A stretch of DNA of 64,000 nt, from NCBI RefSeq assembly GCF_001194135.2, contig NC_068984.1, forward strand, positions 57,414,642 to 57,478,641, written 5' to 3'. This DNA is from Octopus bimaculoides. Taxonomy: Eukaryota. Below are positions 38,050-53,294 of the stretch, piece after piece. The notes beneath the pieces were generated by a model that was not told where the DNA came from, ran no database searches, and worked only from the letters and a program-made list of their open reading frames with translations. A program made the translations under genes and the position numbers. Within the stretch, counting starts at the first letter, position 1, and each line of letters opens with the position of its first letter.

Positions 38050-38759
38050 GTACATATACATATATATATACACACGTACATATACATATACATATATACA
38101 CATATACATATATATATATATGAAGGGAGAGGTAGTGTAAGTTAATAGTTCTGTCAAGGTTGTCAAGATCAATGGAGAAGGTGGACTGGTGGTGCATGTA
38201 CACCATCTATAGCCAGCCATTGTGTAGTGTGTAAAGTATTATAATTAAATGGCTCATATTTAAAATTAAATTATCTTTCTTAGAAACATAGAATTATTTA
38301 AGGTGGTAGATACAATACATAGATAATATTATTCAGATGAGGCTAAATACTAACATAATTATGACAGCTTATATTATCTAACTGTTAATTAGTAGGGAAA
38401 AAAAATGAACTTCCATTTTTTTATGATTATCTCTTATAAAATAGTTTGCTTCTGACATCTTAAAAGCTATACACAGAAAGTAGGTTTCTCAGGACTAAGC
38501 TTGCTAATAACCAGAGCTTGAACTTAAATATAATTCTACAACATATTACTGCAACCGTCAAGCTTTATTACATTTATTTAGATTTCCTTGATCTTAAAGA
38601 TTCTGTTCCATTTGGCACTTTAAAATGCTTGTAATTCTCCAGTTGCAGTTAGCAATTAAACTGTTAATTGTAATTACTGATGTCCTAATTTATTGATGAG
38701 ATGAGTCTTCCTTTTCACTTAATTGACGTTTTCATCCAGAAAATATAATTATACAAATA

Positions 38760-39437
38760 CAGGCATACCTCACCCTATGTCATTAATTGGTTCCAGGAGC
38801 CACAACTTAAGTCGAATTAACTTGTCTCTTGCCTTGGCCAAATTTACTTGTCTCTAGGCTAAACCGATGATAATCATTCCCAATAAAAACCTATTTTAAG
38901 CTTACAAACAATTTTTATTTTCTAATACAGTACAGTAAAAAAAAAAAAAGTAGTCTAAATTTACAAATACAATTTGATGGTGTTTACCATACATTGCGAA
39001 CACTTTATGCAGTTTGCAATAAGGCATGGTAAAATAAAAGCCTTTTTGAAGCTTCAAAAACAAACTCAATAATTATTATTATTTCGCAATTGTAAAAAAA
39101 ATTAAATTATTTTGAATTTACCAATACATACATACAATTTTGTGATTTCACAATTTCGCTCACTAAGCTACACTACTTTATGGAGTGTATCTTAACATTT
39201 ACTGTACGTATTTTAATGATTTTATATGCTTTTATTCTTATTTATTGTACTGTAACATGATTTTATGTGCTTTTAACAGTTTTCTAGTGATTTTACGGTT
39301 TCAATATTTGTGGCAGACAGATGTAAAGTCAAGTAAAATGACTTAACTTGATTTCTAGTTTTCCTATATTATTTTTGAAAACTGACATATAATCGAGAAC
39401 GACTTAAATCGAAACGACTTAAGTTGAGGTATGCCTG
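38760..39437. mobile_element. Tigger/pogo-type non-autonomous DNA transposon (678 bp)
   Basis: TA|caggcatacctca ... tgaggtatgcctg|TA. The TIR extends to about 24 bp with 4 mismatches. Subterminal gacttaa(g/a)tcg repeats are present. CAGGCATACCTC is the Tigger1-type terminus. Confidence 0.88.
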
Positions 39438-40749
39438 TATTAATGTTCTTGAGAATTCTTTAGGTTTATAAGGAACCATGATGATAGTTGTCCTTCCACA
39501 AACTAATGCAGTTCTGTGGGCTAGGATATATCTAGTTTCCATAGTATTAAGTAGATAAGACAGTTTTCTCCTTGGATAAAACCCTAGTCTATTACAGAGA
39601 AATTTTTCCTCTTGAGAATTGAACTCAACACTACAAGTGAAGCAAAAATATATGTCGATTTTACAATGTATCGTTGCTTACAACAGCATATTTTTCTTAT
39701 CCAACTGTATATAGGTGACCTTGGTGGTTAGAGTGCTCAGTGCTTTAGTGACAAAGATACAGTGGTTGTTTGATATCCTAATTTCAGTAATCCACTTTCT
39801 CTCTATTAGTTCATGAGAATGGTATGTTACTCTAACGTACATTGTTAATTTGACAAGAGATCTCAGTAGGTTATTCTATTTCAGATTGTCAGATATATAG
39901 AATTGTTTTGCACTGATATACTGCAAAATATATGATGTGAAATTCAAAGTCATAATATCGTGTCTTCTTTGATCTGATTCTAGTTAAAGCAGTGGTTTGT
40001 TTAATTTTGAAATTTCTAGGGTTAAATATATGTTGTCTCTTTCATATATTATGTGACAAATAAATAAACAATGATACGAGAATGTCCTCTTTAAGTTCTT
40101 GTCTGATACACAAACAAAAGTTTATAATTCATTTCTCTTTATTGAAATTAGTGTTGTTTCATATACAGTATGTGTCTACTTTTTAAAATATCATGAAAAA
40201 TCAGCATAAGCATTGAAAGAGAAACACTTGCCATTGAAAACATTGGAATTCGTTTTTCAGCCATCTCTATACTGTATATAGTCAGGATATCAATAACTGC
40301 TCAGTGGAGACTGGATTATACATTTGATTTTCATAAGATGCAAGTGTTGTGTTTTAGAACAAAGCATTGGTTTTCATGTCCATTATTGCTTCATCCTTAA
40401 AGTTACAGTCATCTGGTAATATATGTACAAGCTGCCAGAAAAGGTGTGGAGAAATGGCTTAAGTTTGTATAATTTTAAGAAAGGAAGCCTAGAATAGAAG
40501 AATAAGAAAGGAAATCAATTTGTTTTACATAGAAAAAAAGGTTATGAACATGTAGTCCAGTAAATTTATGTATTCAAGTGCCACACCTCACAATTGTTTA
40601 CTGATTCTTGTTTCATAGCCTCCAGACTTAATTACATCCTTGGTGTTAATTAGCTGTGTTTTTTGTTTCTCCATATCTAACTTTAAGATATTGATTTCCA
40701 GTGTTAGCACTTGGTTACAAATATAAAATCAATTGAATTGATGCTGGTG

Positions 40750-40815
<66 letters not shown>

Positions 40816-43800
40816 TATATATATAAAAAATCTGTATGTGTGTAATATTTAATCCTAGAGAGGAATGAAAAAAAGTGTCATGAAATTCATGCATTACTCA
40901 AGGGCATCAACAGTGTCAATGAAATGAAATGGTTCCTATTCAGAAGCTAGCTTATCAAGATCAAAATCTATAAATATTCTTTTTGTAAATAAAAGCAAAA
41001 AGCATATTAAACATGTTCTGTGTGCCTTACCAAAATTGCCTATATGTAGTGTTTATTATCTGTTATACTTCCTTGGTACAACGTAGGATGAATGGAACAA
41101 ATATCAACTAAGAAAACTGTGGTCCTTCCATGAGATCCATAGCACAGAAGAAAAGATAAACAACGAAGGTTGCAGTACATAAATCAGTTGTTAGGGAGCT
41201 GTCTACTCCAGTATTTAATAGTTTTTGGTTTGAAAAATATAAGTGTGTATATATTTCCTTGACAGCACAATTGAGAAACTTCTTTTTTCTTTTGGTAATT
41301 TTGTTTATCCTTACCGATGATATCAACAGTTAAACTGTTAATTTACACAACTCAAATGTATGTTTTTAGTATAAAGTGGCCTTGCTTTTGTCTAATAGAA
41401 ATGGATCAGTTATATTTGAGCAGTATATGTGATATCAACAAAGAATTTCTTTTCTTTTGGTCATACCACTTCTAGCCGTTAGCTTAATTTTGGTCATATT
41501 TTCTCAAATTCCCTGTATATTTACTATTGATGTTTTGTTGCTAACTAACCTCTATAATGATTATATGAAAAAACTGAAAATCTTTTCCTAACCAAGACAA
41601 TTTTATGTTAACAAAAATTTTTCTCAGTATTTGGAATTACAGACTAAACTGTAGTTGTTTTCACCCAGCTTTCTCTCTTTCTCTTAAGTATTATTCTTTA
41701 TATTGACAGTCATGTTTTAATTAATTTTGTAATTTACTAACCAAATTGTATCTGTGTTCCTCTATTTCAAAATGTTGTAGGGGTCTTTAACTAGTTACAG
41801 CTGATAAAAGTGTTAAGTTGAGCCCTGCTAATAAATCACATTTAGTTTAGTTATACTGCTAAGGGTTTATTGGTTTTGATTACTTGTTAATGTCATCCAA
41901 AATTTCATCAGTATATTTATATAGATTTTCCCCACGTTTTACTTATACAACTTTAATTTTCTCTTTACTGTTTTCAGTCCATTCTGTTTTCACCAACACC
42001 AGCTTTATCACTTCCATGTCCATCACTATGAATTTTTTTCCACTCCTGACACAGCCAGCTTATCTCTGCACAAATCAACATTTCTTTATTGACCTCTTCC
42101 CTCTCTCTAAATTCTAAAGCTCAAAATACATTCCATTTCTACATACTTCAATGATTAGTTACATTTATCGCATGTTGCATAGTTTTTGTTATTTTTTTCT
42201 TCTTGATTTTGGATTAAATTTTAGATTTTATATTTGTTAAATATATTCATTTTATTCTCCCTCATTCAATGTCACACTTTCAAATCTGTTGTCACCATGG
42301 TACTTTTTTCACTCAACTCTGCTGTTGGAAAATTTGACATTTTCATGTAACTATTTATCCCATTCATACCCCCCCCCCTTTTTTTTCTCATGCATTTGTT
42401 ATGGGGGTTATTTAGTTAATGTTTTAATAGTGGGTTAGATATTGTTGCATGTAGGTTTTTGCATATCTCATTGTCAAATGAAATGTAAAGTAAGCTGAAT
42501 ATGTAACACCATTTTAATGTTACACAATATTCCTCTAACCAAGATTCCCACACAAACTTTGTGATGCCTTGCAAACTGCAGTTTTGTAATTGCAAGTTAA
42601 AGTTTGAGAAAACCTAGAACAAATTAGGACAGAAGTTTAGGTGTGATGACCTATTTGTGTTTGGATATGTCCTGACACTCATCAGTCCAGGCCTCAGTTA
42701 TAGGAAAATATGGTGTTTCCTGTGCAGATGATATACAAATCAATTATGGCATTTAATTGGATGACAGTAGTGAGACTCAGCTTTGTGATTGTTATGACTC
42801 CCCACCCCCTCATCTAGTTAATTAGCCATTAGAGAACACCCTTCCTACCTCTGCTAACACACAGTGACATTCTTCCTGATCCAGTTATTTTTAAACATCT
42901 AGAGTAAACATCTGCTTTCATTCATTGCTGTCATGTTTAAAGTTAATAAATACAACAACTAATATGTCAGTTTGAAAAATATACCAGGTACTGGTGAATA
43001 TTGGTAGCAGGATAAAACAGAGCTTCTATTATATTTCCTTTTTCTGGAAAAGCCCCATCTAATTCTTTTTCGTCTTCTTTTATTTAAGCCATTTAAAATT
43101 GGTTTCCTTTTTAAAGGTCAAATGTTGGCAAGCCTCATTTGTTTAATGTTCTAATTTGGTTTCTATCAGACCTTAACTAAAAAATCAGGCTCATCTTTCT
43201 ATTCCAAGTTTTGTTTAAAATTTCCGTATTCTACCTCTAGTTATTAACTGGAGAGAATTACTGCCAGATTCTCATTCAATTTTACATGCTTTCATTCTAC
43301 TTTCTTATTAGGCAATATTTCATTCTTTTTCTGTGTCTAAATTTGACTTTTAGCTGAGTTATTATTAATTGTCATATTCTGAAATTTTTAGAGAAAGAAA
43401 AATATCTTCGAATGAAATTTTAAAAAATTTTATAAAAAATTTTTGTAGTTTCCATTATACACCATGTTGTCTTATTAGCCATCTATTGAGTTTTTTTTTA
43501 AATTTAGTCTTTGAAAGTAATTAGGAACTTAAGCATTTGGAATTTAATATTTCTGAATATGTTAGTCTTATAACTTGATTTCTCAATATTAGTTTCTCAC
43601 TTTATATCTAACAAATGTACTTGTTTTGAATGAGAATTTTTCAGTACCTGTTGGCACATTCAAAACTTCAGTAGAGAAAACACTCATATTACAATACTGA
43701 GTGTTTAGTTTCATCTGTTCTTCATTAACTTTTCCTTATTTTTATCTTTTAAAGTTTAATTTGTTTAATGTCTAAACTTGATTAGGTCACAAGAAAATCT

Positions 43801-46800
43801 GGCCAATTGGTGTAGTCCTTCTTTATCTGGTATGAATGAGTCAATTATTGACTCGTTTTATTTTGGAGATTGGAGTGGGTTAACTGGATACCTTTCCTCT
43901 CACCAAGTTGCAAATTTGACTGGATGGATTTCATTGTGTCACTTGAACTAGAGAGGTTATCTTGTGGCAAGACTCAAGACTACCTTCAGCCATTTATTAG
44001 TTCTTATCCAGAGTTAATGCTCTCCTAAGCAGATGGCTTGCAATACATCTTGAATGGTTTATGTGGCTGAATGTCTTTCCTGTTGCCAACCACAACCACT
44101 TTATAGTGTGGACTGGATACATTTCATCATGCTACAAGCACAACTCTTATTTTTTCCTGGGTTCATTTGGCCCTTAAAGTACTAGAACTTTTTAAAGTTT
44201 GGTCTGCATAAGCATAGATAGTATTTGCACAGCTACATATAACTGAAATATAGTTGTAACTGTATAATCAGTTGATGGCTCTGTGTTCAAAAGGCATAGT
44301 TAAACAACACTATCTGGATATTAAATATTTAGCCTATATTGAAGATTTATGCCTGGCCCATGAAAGTATAGAAAGCTGGGTGTTAAATCAATGATGATAT
44401 AATTTGAAAAGCAATCAATCATGTTTGAGTAGTGTTATGTTTTTATGTTACCCCATTCCTGAAGTTCTATCTTTAGCACATTGGAATATCTATTTTATGG
44501 TAAATAATAGAGATTATTTAACATGAAAGTCAAAATTAAAAATTAACAGTGAAATTGTCATATTGAAATCTCTCTAATTGGGTAAAAGGCTGGTTAGATG
44601 CCATCCATTGACTTACTGGTATTTTTGTGAAAATACTGAAAATGGATATGGGCATTCATCTGTTACAGTTGTCATTATTATTTTATCATCATCATCACAC
44701 TTCTCATTATTTTATGCAGCCTGCTTTTGTTTGTTCTGCTTCCTCTTCGTTCCATATGATTAGTACTTGTTTATACTTGTTGCCTAGCTCCTATACATTT
44801 CATTAGTTTGTATATTGATTTTATAGAATCTACCTTCATTGAGACAATAATCTCCCAGCTTGGATATATTGATTCCTACTTAACACGTTTTTTTATTATA
44901 AAGCACTTGGATTTTTACATACCAGTTCAGCTACACACCTTTATTTCACTTTGCTGTTTATTATCGTGGTGTCAACAACTAGTAGGTATAACATATTTGG
45001 CCATCTGATATTTTGCTGGAATAATTCAGTTTCTGAAGCACATACATTTTGATTGTATTTCTGAGGTGGGTTTTGCAAGATCCCTGGTTGATTCATATTA
45101 CAAATGAAGCTGAGAAGATTTCCAGTCTATTGATTAATATTTAATTCTTATCTACATTTTTATCTACATAAGGACTATTTTTATCTACATAAGGACTATT
45201 TTTCATTTTGGTATGTTTTCTAAGTTTACCATTTTTGTTTCTTTCTAATTGTACTGTTGTTTGCAAACCAATTTATATTTCTAATATTATGTGTTTTTCT
45301 AAGACACTAAGTTACAGAACCTGTTAAAACTCCATAATATTTTCTTTCATTTAACTTATTTGATCAAATTTTATCTGAAAAATCTTTTGAGTTTGTAGAC
45401 ATTTGCTATAAAAAAAGACACTTCTGAGTATTATTTTTATATTATGTTTTGTTTCTGTGTATGAGGGTGGGAGAGAGAGAAAACAGCACATAAGCTGATT
45501 GTCACTTAGCACATGGTTCGCCACACTTTTAGATGCTCTGCTTAATTCTATAGATTAATTCCACAGATTATCTGTTCAGATTATTTACTTTACACAATCA
45601 TATCACCCATCAGCTAAGCATCTTTCTTAACATGAAGTGAATGTTTAGTTACCTTTGGTGTTTATTGGTATTTACAAATTGTTGTTTTTTTCCGTATTGA
45701 AGCTGACAGTTGGATAGAAAAGCTGAAAGTAAAAATTTGTTATTAAGTAAGAAATTTTTATTAATGACTTATAAATGTTTGTTACGAAATTAGTGAATTT
45801 CTGTTAAATATTTCCAAAATATAGTCACTGGTTGTATAAAATGTTAATTTCTTTTTCAAGATGTTAGGATATTAGCATCATGCTGTGTCTCTGATAAAGA
45901 CTATCTTATCTAACTGAAAATGTGTACTAGTGGGGAAGTACAATTTACACAGCTAGGGCAATTGTATAACTCATAAGCTGAAGTCCTTTCTCACTGTAAA
46001 GAGCTCTGGCTAGAAGCAAACAGCTTCCATTATTAGGTTCAAGTATTGTCAGTAACCATTTAACACTATCCCACTCATAAACCCCAGAAATATATTTCAT
46101 CAAATGCCAAACAATCCTCACTGTTTTCACTGAATCCACGAGTAAGGAATTTGCAAATCTGCAAGGAAGAAGTGTGAGTGAAATGTTCCCTGTATCTTTT
46201 GCAATGCTACATCTGACTACTATTTTATACAAAACATCAGCATATTTTATTATTTCCTTAGTAGATATTTCCCCTGAGAATTTAATCCCAAAGTTTAGAT
46301 TTATTTCCAGTTCCTCAGTTTCTTTTATTCATGTATGCACATATTCATCCATTTAAGACTAATATCAACACATTAAATAATACAATTAACTATTTATCTT
46401 TGAAATTTGGTGCAGTTCATTTTAGGAGCAGGTTTCTCACAGAAAGAAAATATAAATGGTTTCCATTGTTTCTATAGAATTTTCAACTATTGCTTTATTT
46501 GTTACTGTTATATTTTATTTTAGTTTAACTTTCACATGCTTCAACAAATTGGTTATAGTTTCAATTGAAGTCTTGTATTTACTTAACTGGTATCCCTGTG
46601 TACAGCTTGTAACTTTCATCAAATTTCACATCTGATATACATTTATAAATGGTTTAAATTTCAAAAGGTTAATTTGTTTTATTAATTGCATGAGAACCAC
46701 TTTAATTAAAGTTTTAAAATAGATATGAGTGAGGTTTTACTTTGCATACCTGACTCAATGAGCTGGGAATGTACTTTTATATATTGATATTGAAAAAGAA

Positions 46801-47990
46801 AGAAGAAAAAAATGAATTTAGATTATCCATCTCATTTTCATCTTCCGAGAGACAGTTACATATAGTTTGCTACAAAACTCAAAGCTGGGACTATAACATT
46901 CAAATAGTTTTAATGTAAGCAAGGGTCAGTTTTCCTTGCTTAAATCTTCATTCATATAACAGCAGTTTAGGACTGCATTGCTTTAAACAATTATTGTGCT
47001 GTATTATTTATAACATTTTGTAACTTTCACAGATGATTGGCAATCTGTGTAATTATGTAATTAGTTTGTCGGAAGTAAAACAAATAGAAAGTGAGTGAGT
47101 GACAGAAGTAAAATGAACTTAGTGAAAGGATGCTTGGATATTTCATTACTTTCATTTTAGCTCTAATGTGTATTATGTATCGTAATTTAATTCTGTGTAT
47201 GTATGCACGCATTTGCAGAGGCACAAGCACAGTTGTGGTTAAAAAGTTCACGTCACAACTTTGCAGTTTTAGGTTCAATACCATTACATGGCACTTTGGG
47301 AAAATGTTCTATAACTCCTAGCTAACTCAAGCCTCATGAGTGAATTCGGTAGATGGAAACTGCAGAAAACCTCACATATTACAAAGTGTGTGTGTGTATG
47401 TATATATATATATAGTATTTTATTTACTACAATTCACTTTCAGTTTCATGTTATGAGGAAGATATTTAGCACTTCTCAGCTAATTCAAGCAGTAGCTGTC
47501 TTCCTGATAGTCTTCAGATTTATTTAAATCGAAACTGCTGAGAAGATGGCTACTGCTTGACCTAGCTGAGTAGAGGCAAACTTAAAGCAGGAAACTTAAA
47601 CTGATTTATTGCAAATAAGATGCTATATATGAAATATTAGTAACTCTCAAATGTATTGGATGCTTTATTTGGCTGAATTTATCCACACACAGTTCACTGT
47701 ATGTGTGCTTGTGTGTGTGTGTGTGTGTGTGTGAATGTTGATATTCAAAGACCTCTGCATTTTGTCTGTATTTACATTCTGAGTTCAAATTCAGCCAAGG
47801 TTGACTTTGCCTTTCTTCCTTTCAGAGTCAGTAAAATAAATACCAATTTGAACATTGGGGATCGATGTAATTGACTTACCCCATCCCCCAAAATTGTTGT
47901 GCTTGTGCCAAAATTTGAAATCTATTATTTAAAGATGTGCTATTCTCTAGAATTAATGGAGCTGTCATAATTTGTGATGACAAAGGTACA

Positions 47991-48025
<35 letters not shown>

Positions 48026-48423
48026 ATTCATGTGTATGAGTATGCATGTCCTGATAATTATCATTTAGATGTCTTCCATGCATGGTTGGATTGTTTAGCA
48101 GTATTCATCAAGTTGAAGTACATCATGCTTCAGTGTCAGTTCTAGTATGCTTGCTATAACTACTTTATAGTGTGTACTGGGTACATTTTTTTCATGCTAC
48201 CAACACAAGTGAGGATGCTTTGCAACTTGCAAGGTTAAGAGACTAAAATAGCACCTATAGCTGAAGGTGAATAGAGGAGAAAGAGAGTGAGGATCCTTGG
48301 TGAGGTGTATAATTGTAGTAGAGTGGCAGTGGAGAGAGTAAACAGAGTAGACATTTGTGGGAGAGAGTATACAAGGGGAAGGATTAGTGTTGGAGCTTTA
48401 GGGTGTATATATATATATTTTAC

Positions 48424-48793
48424 CTTTTACTTGTTTCAGTCATTAGACTGCAGCCATGCTAGGTCACCACCTTCAATTCTTAGCCAAATGAATCGACCAC
48501 AGTACTTATTTTTAAGCCTGTCATGTATTCTATAGGTCCCTTTTGCTAACGTGCTAAGTTATGGAGATGCAAACACACCAACACTGGTTGTCAAGCAGTG
48601 GTGGGGGACAGATACACACACACACACACACACACATGATGGGCTTCTTTCAGTTTACATCTACCAAATCCACTCACAAGGTTATGGTTGGCCCAAGGCT
48701 ACAGTAGAAGACTCTTGCCCAAGGTGCCACGCAGTGGGACTGAACCCGAAACCATGTGGTTGGGAAGCAAGCTTCTTATCACACAGCCACGCC
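48424..48793 (-). mobile_element. SINE family B
   Basis: Reverse complement matches 24324-24740. Confidence 0.88.
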
Positions 48794-48895
48794 TGTGTGT
48801 GTGTGTATATATATATATCAGCCTCCTGGCTTCCCAGACTCCAGTCAAACCATCCAACCCATGCCAGCATGGAAAACGGACGTTAAACGATGATG

Positions 48896-48928
<33 letters not shown>

Positions 48929-48959
48929 TATATAAACACGCACATACACATATATCTAT

Positions 48960-49250
48960 TGCATAATCATGTGATCAACCAGACTATCAGATGTTGTTAT
49001 ATATTGCTGGTCACAATGCACTTTGCATCGTTTTAGCATTCAAATGATGCTCCCCTGCTGGCTAGGCAAGCAGACCAGCATTCCCCCTGATAGGAAGACA
49101 TCCATTGAAGGGTTACTCATTTACAGCTGAGTGGACTGGAGCAACATGAAATGAAGAGTTTTGCTCAAGAACACAATGTACAGCCATTCTGGGAATCAAA
49201 ACCATGGTCTCACAATTAAGTGCAACACACCTAACCACTAGGCCATGTGT
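48960..49250 (-). mobile_element. tRNA-derived SINE, family D
   Basis: - strand head tggcctagtggttagg..gattcccag, followed by gtgttcttgagcaa and ctccagtccactcagctgtaaatg. Confidence 0.65.
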
Positions 49251-49251
49251 A

Positions 49252-49298
<47 letters not shown>

Positions 49299-50659
49299 TT
49301 ACACATAGGTTACAAAATCACCCTACTGTTAATCTTTAAAAACTTAATACTCTGAATATCTAGTCTATCTTGTATTTTGCAGCACTAATATTAATATCAT
49401 GGCTAGTTGCATTTCTGTAAAAATATGATCATATTTAAGTGGGGCTCATTTTGTAAACCCTAATATGGGCATTCTTTCTTTCTCTCTCTCGCTTTACTTT
49501 TTTTTATAGCTTATAATAGCTTACACATGTATAATCATGTTTATTACTTTTAGATCTAACTGTATAATCTTGTGCTTTATATGCTTTCTGTTGGAACATA
49601 ACACAAATTGCTATGTTATCAGTTATGTTTACCTTCTCAGCTAGCAATAATCTGGGCTTGTGGTTACTTCTTCTGAAGAAAACCATGGTATACACATAAG
49701 ATCATCATCTGGTTCATAGGTGCATACTCAAAGTATTTCTGATCAGGTTTTTTATTATAAAATACTCCAGTCTACATATTAACTAAGTTTTTATTTTTGT
49801 GCTTTTTGCTCACTCTTGCAAACAGAAGTAGACTATTTGTCCATATCATGAACTTAAGAGAATCTTTTCTTTATTGGCATTACTCAATATTTTATTGATG
49901 GCTTTTGAAAAACAAAGAAATTAAACATTTTAATTACTCAAAGAGGTCTCTGCCCCTTCCCTGTCTCTATTAGCAATGACATGTTTGCAGTAAAATTTGA
50001 AATGTGAAGCAGCTATCAGTCCTCAAAACTGATTATTGTTACTTTTTGATATACAAGGTGACTATTAAGTCTGGACGAATGAATGTGCTCAAACTAATGG
50101 AAATGTGGAGTTACTGCATTGGGTTCATATGAATCTCGCAGAGCACATCAAACTTTGCATCATTATTGGTAAAAGCCATGTCAAAAATTTCATTCATTAA
50201 TGTAGTTGAGTAAAATTATTGAAAATATGCATTCTCACATATGTATCCAAACTTTACATTCGCCTCAATTAAATACTTAAAACTCTTGCCTAATTAGTCA
50301 TGAAACATTTTTTCTTTGCGAAAAAGAAACACCAGGTATACCAGAGTTGTTTGTAACAGTTAAATCTCTGATTTTCTACAGACATACAATTGATATAAGA
50401 TTATATGGCATGGATATCTCTGAATATAATCTCTCTCTCTCTCTCTCTCTCTCACATGTGCACGCACATATAAGGGCAGTATTGAAAGAAGAATTAGGAT
50501 GTCAGAAAAAATGTCCTACTATGTTTGTTCCAGCTGTTTACATTCTATATTTCTCTCTGAGGTTGATAAAGTGCCAATCAGATACTGAAGTCATTGTAAC
50601 AGGCTAACTCCCTCCTTTCAAAATTGTTGGTTTTATGCATAAATTGAAAATATTATTAA

Positions 50660-52400
50660 GTCATATTTTTATTGCCCACTTTCACTGCATTACTTGCATT
50701 GCAGGACATAGCTCTGTGAGCCTTGGATATGAGTAGTATTTGTATATTTATGTCTAGTATCTTATTTCTAGTATTGAGTTCATATTTTAATACTCCTCTA
50801 ACTCTTTTGTAGTGCTCTTTTTTAATTTCTTTCATTTCTGCATTGTATTTTGTCAGTTTCATCTACTCCAAGTCATTCAGGTTTAATACTCTGGTTTTAT
50901 TGTCCACAGCTGATGTAATATTTTAAGTTTTAGTTCCTTTTCTTATAGTAGTTTGGCTTATTTGTCTAACCCTTTAATCACTTTTATGTTTTGGCTAAAT
51001 TTATTATCAATTTCTAGTAGGGTTTTGAACTAGGTATTGTATTTTTAAATATTTTGAAGTCATACATTCAGCAGAGATAGTTTATTGTTTGCTTGTAACA
51101 TCAAAAGTGATTTCATAAAAAAAATTTAAGGAAGCCAGAGCTAGGTAAAGAAGATAATGAGTCTCTGTGGAGCATTCCTCTACTCATGAGTACAGTGCTA
51201 GTTTTGACTATTTTATCTTTGCCACTTTGTGTGTGTATTTTCATTCTGACATGGTATGGTTGATTTTTTTTTTTTTTGTTAGTATTGGGACTGCTTTATG
51301 TAAAACATGTCCAATATCTAAGGGTATGTTAATCTAGGCCATTTTATCTTTTATTTTTATTATCTTCTATATCTCAGTTCAGCTGTAGCTGCTTTTTACA
51401 GCTGTACTGCCCTTTCCAGTGTCCTTTTTGTTCCTTTGGCAATATGTTACTGTAGAAGGGTTTTTGTATGTTGTTGGTAAGCAAGTTATTGGCTTGCAGT
51501 TTTGGCAAATAACTTATTGACCTAGAGTCCCAGGTAATTTGTTGGAATTAATGTTTTCCCTCCAGCATTCAATCATGCATTGATTCTGGTGTGTTTACCA
51601 GTTCATTGAATGCTGCCACCATATATTCATAATACTAGTTAAGTGCTTCAGCCAGAAATTGAGAACCTTGTAAATCCCAGGGTCTTTTCAGTACTACTTG
51701 TAATTTTGGAATTCTTAATGTGTTTGTGAGTCCATTGGCCCTGCTTGCAATCTTATATATTTTTTCTTCTTCCCTTCTGATTCACTGTTTTTTTGTTGTG
51801 TGGAATATTTTTTCCCTTATTTCCTTTTAGTATGCTTGAATTCCCATTGGTGTATATCCCCCAGTGATTTATTATTTTATTTAATGTCTCTTTTAGAATC
51901 TTTTTGTATTTGATTCACATAACTTGTTTTTTTTTTTTGAAGAAGAAGAAGCATTTATGTTTTTCAAATCATCTTACCCTTCATGTTTTTATTGTTTAAG
52001 GTATACTGTTGCTTCCAGAGTGTCTTTTTTTATTGATATTAATTTTTTTGTTATTTGAGGTTTTTTCCACCTTTTCATGTTGGATCCTTCCTTTTCCATT
52101 TCTCTTATCTAGAACAGATGTCTCCCTACCATTCTATTTTATGTAGTATATTTTCTGTCCTTTTTTGAAATGGGATTTGATTGAGGTTTTGACTTTATTG
52201 AGAGAAAACTCAGTTTGCTTCTGTACTGCCACCATTACTAAAGAGATCAGATCATTCAGTGTATTGATATTTGAGTAGCTTGTTTCTGCAGAATTTTTGT
52301 TATATTTAATCTTTTGTGTAGCTTGGATAGTTAATTAATTTTGTTACGTTCTCTTTGCTTTTCTTTCTTGTTGCTGTTTCGATAATGATTTTGTTGAATA
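50660..52400 (-). mobile_element. Decayed R4/Dong-like LINE (RT region)
   Basis: - strand NFWLKHLTS, AFNELVNTPESM, CKPITCLPTTYK, LPKEQKG..KG.YSCK.QL, RGMLHRDSLS and EMKEIKKEHYKRVRGVLKYELNTRNKI, in the correct order. Confidence 0.75.
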
Positions 52401-53073
52401 TCCTCAAAATACATCAGATCAACTTCCCCAGTCATTAGATATAATTTGTAAAACTATTTAAAATAAAATTTATCTACTTCACAAGGCACAATGGGTAGGT
52501 CGCCAACACCACATAGTCATCAGTTCAAATCTGACTACTACAGTCAGTGTGTTGTGCTCTTCTCTCACAAGTTACATTATAAATTATTCTTATTTATTTC
52601 AAACTGCTCTACAATTCAGTGGCATCCAGATATAGAAACAATCACAATAAAAACCATCTGCAAAAGCATAGGGGGGGGGGGAATTCAGAAAGTAAATCTT
52701 GTAATTTGGGTGTAAATTTATTTGTTATGTAATGTCTTCCCTTTTAAAAGCTTATCCATATTCCAGATCAAGTGTGCTATGACACTGTTATATCTCAGAA
52801 TATTAATATATTGGAGTGTATTTCTTTTCTGCAAATAGGCATGAAATATAAAATTAAGGAAATGGGCAATATCTGTGAGATATATGCATATTTCTCAACA
52901 GTTAACAATCTAAGTGAAGGATAGCTTAATAGACTACTCTAGGATGCCTACCTGAAGTAGATGTATTCACTGTTTCAATGAATTGTCAATAGTTTTATAG
53001 TTGATTAACTTAATCAGAATTTTAGAGCTAAAATTTCATTAAAGGTTTCATTAATGTTGTATCATACTTCTGG

Positions 53074-53294
53074 TAATAATGGTTTCAAATTTTGCTATAT
53101 GGGCAGCAATTTTGTGGGAGGGGATGCGTTGATTACATTGATCCCAGTGTTCAACTGGCACTTATTTTATTGATCCTGAAAGGTTGAAACGCAAAGTCGA
53201 CCTCGTCAGAATTTGATCTCAGAACATAATGACGGGCAAAATATTGCTAAGCATTTCGTCCAGCACGCTAATGATTCTGCCAGGCCGCCGCCTT
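53074..53294 (-). mobile_element. SINE family A
   Basis: Full head aaggcggcggcctggcagaa on the - strand. 10-bp TSD atacttctgg at 53064-73 and 53295-304. Confidence 0.9.

Noticed and set aside
37085-38220. Long ORFs (230-351 aa), and similar ones at 6751, 20819-21191 and 54685-55104
   Set aside because: They consist of N gaps and (TA)n translation (YIYI) and are not genes.
42653-42692. GTGATGA...CTGA resembling a C/D snoRNA (also at about 11564)
   Set aside because: The boxes are only about 22 nt apart, with no second box pair or credible guide.
45945-46232. 95-aa - strand ORF
   Set aside because: No recognisable motif or splice context, and within the size range of chance ORFs.
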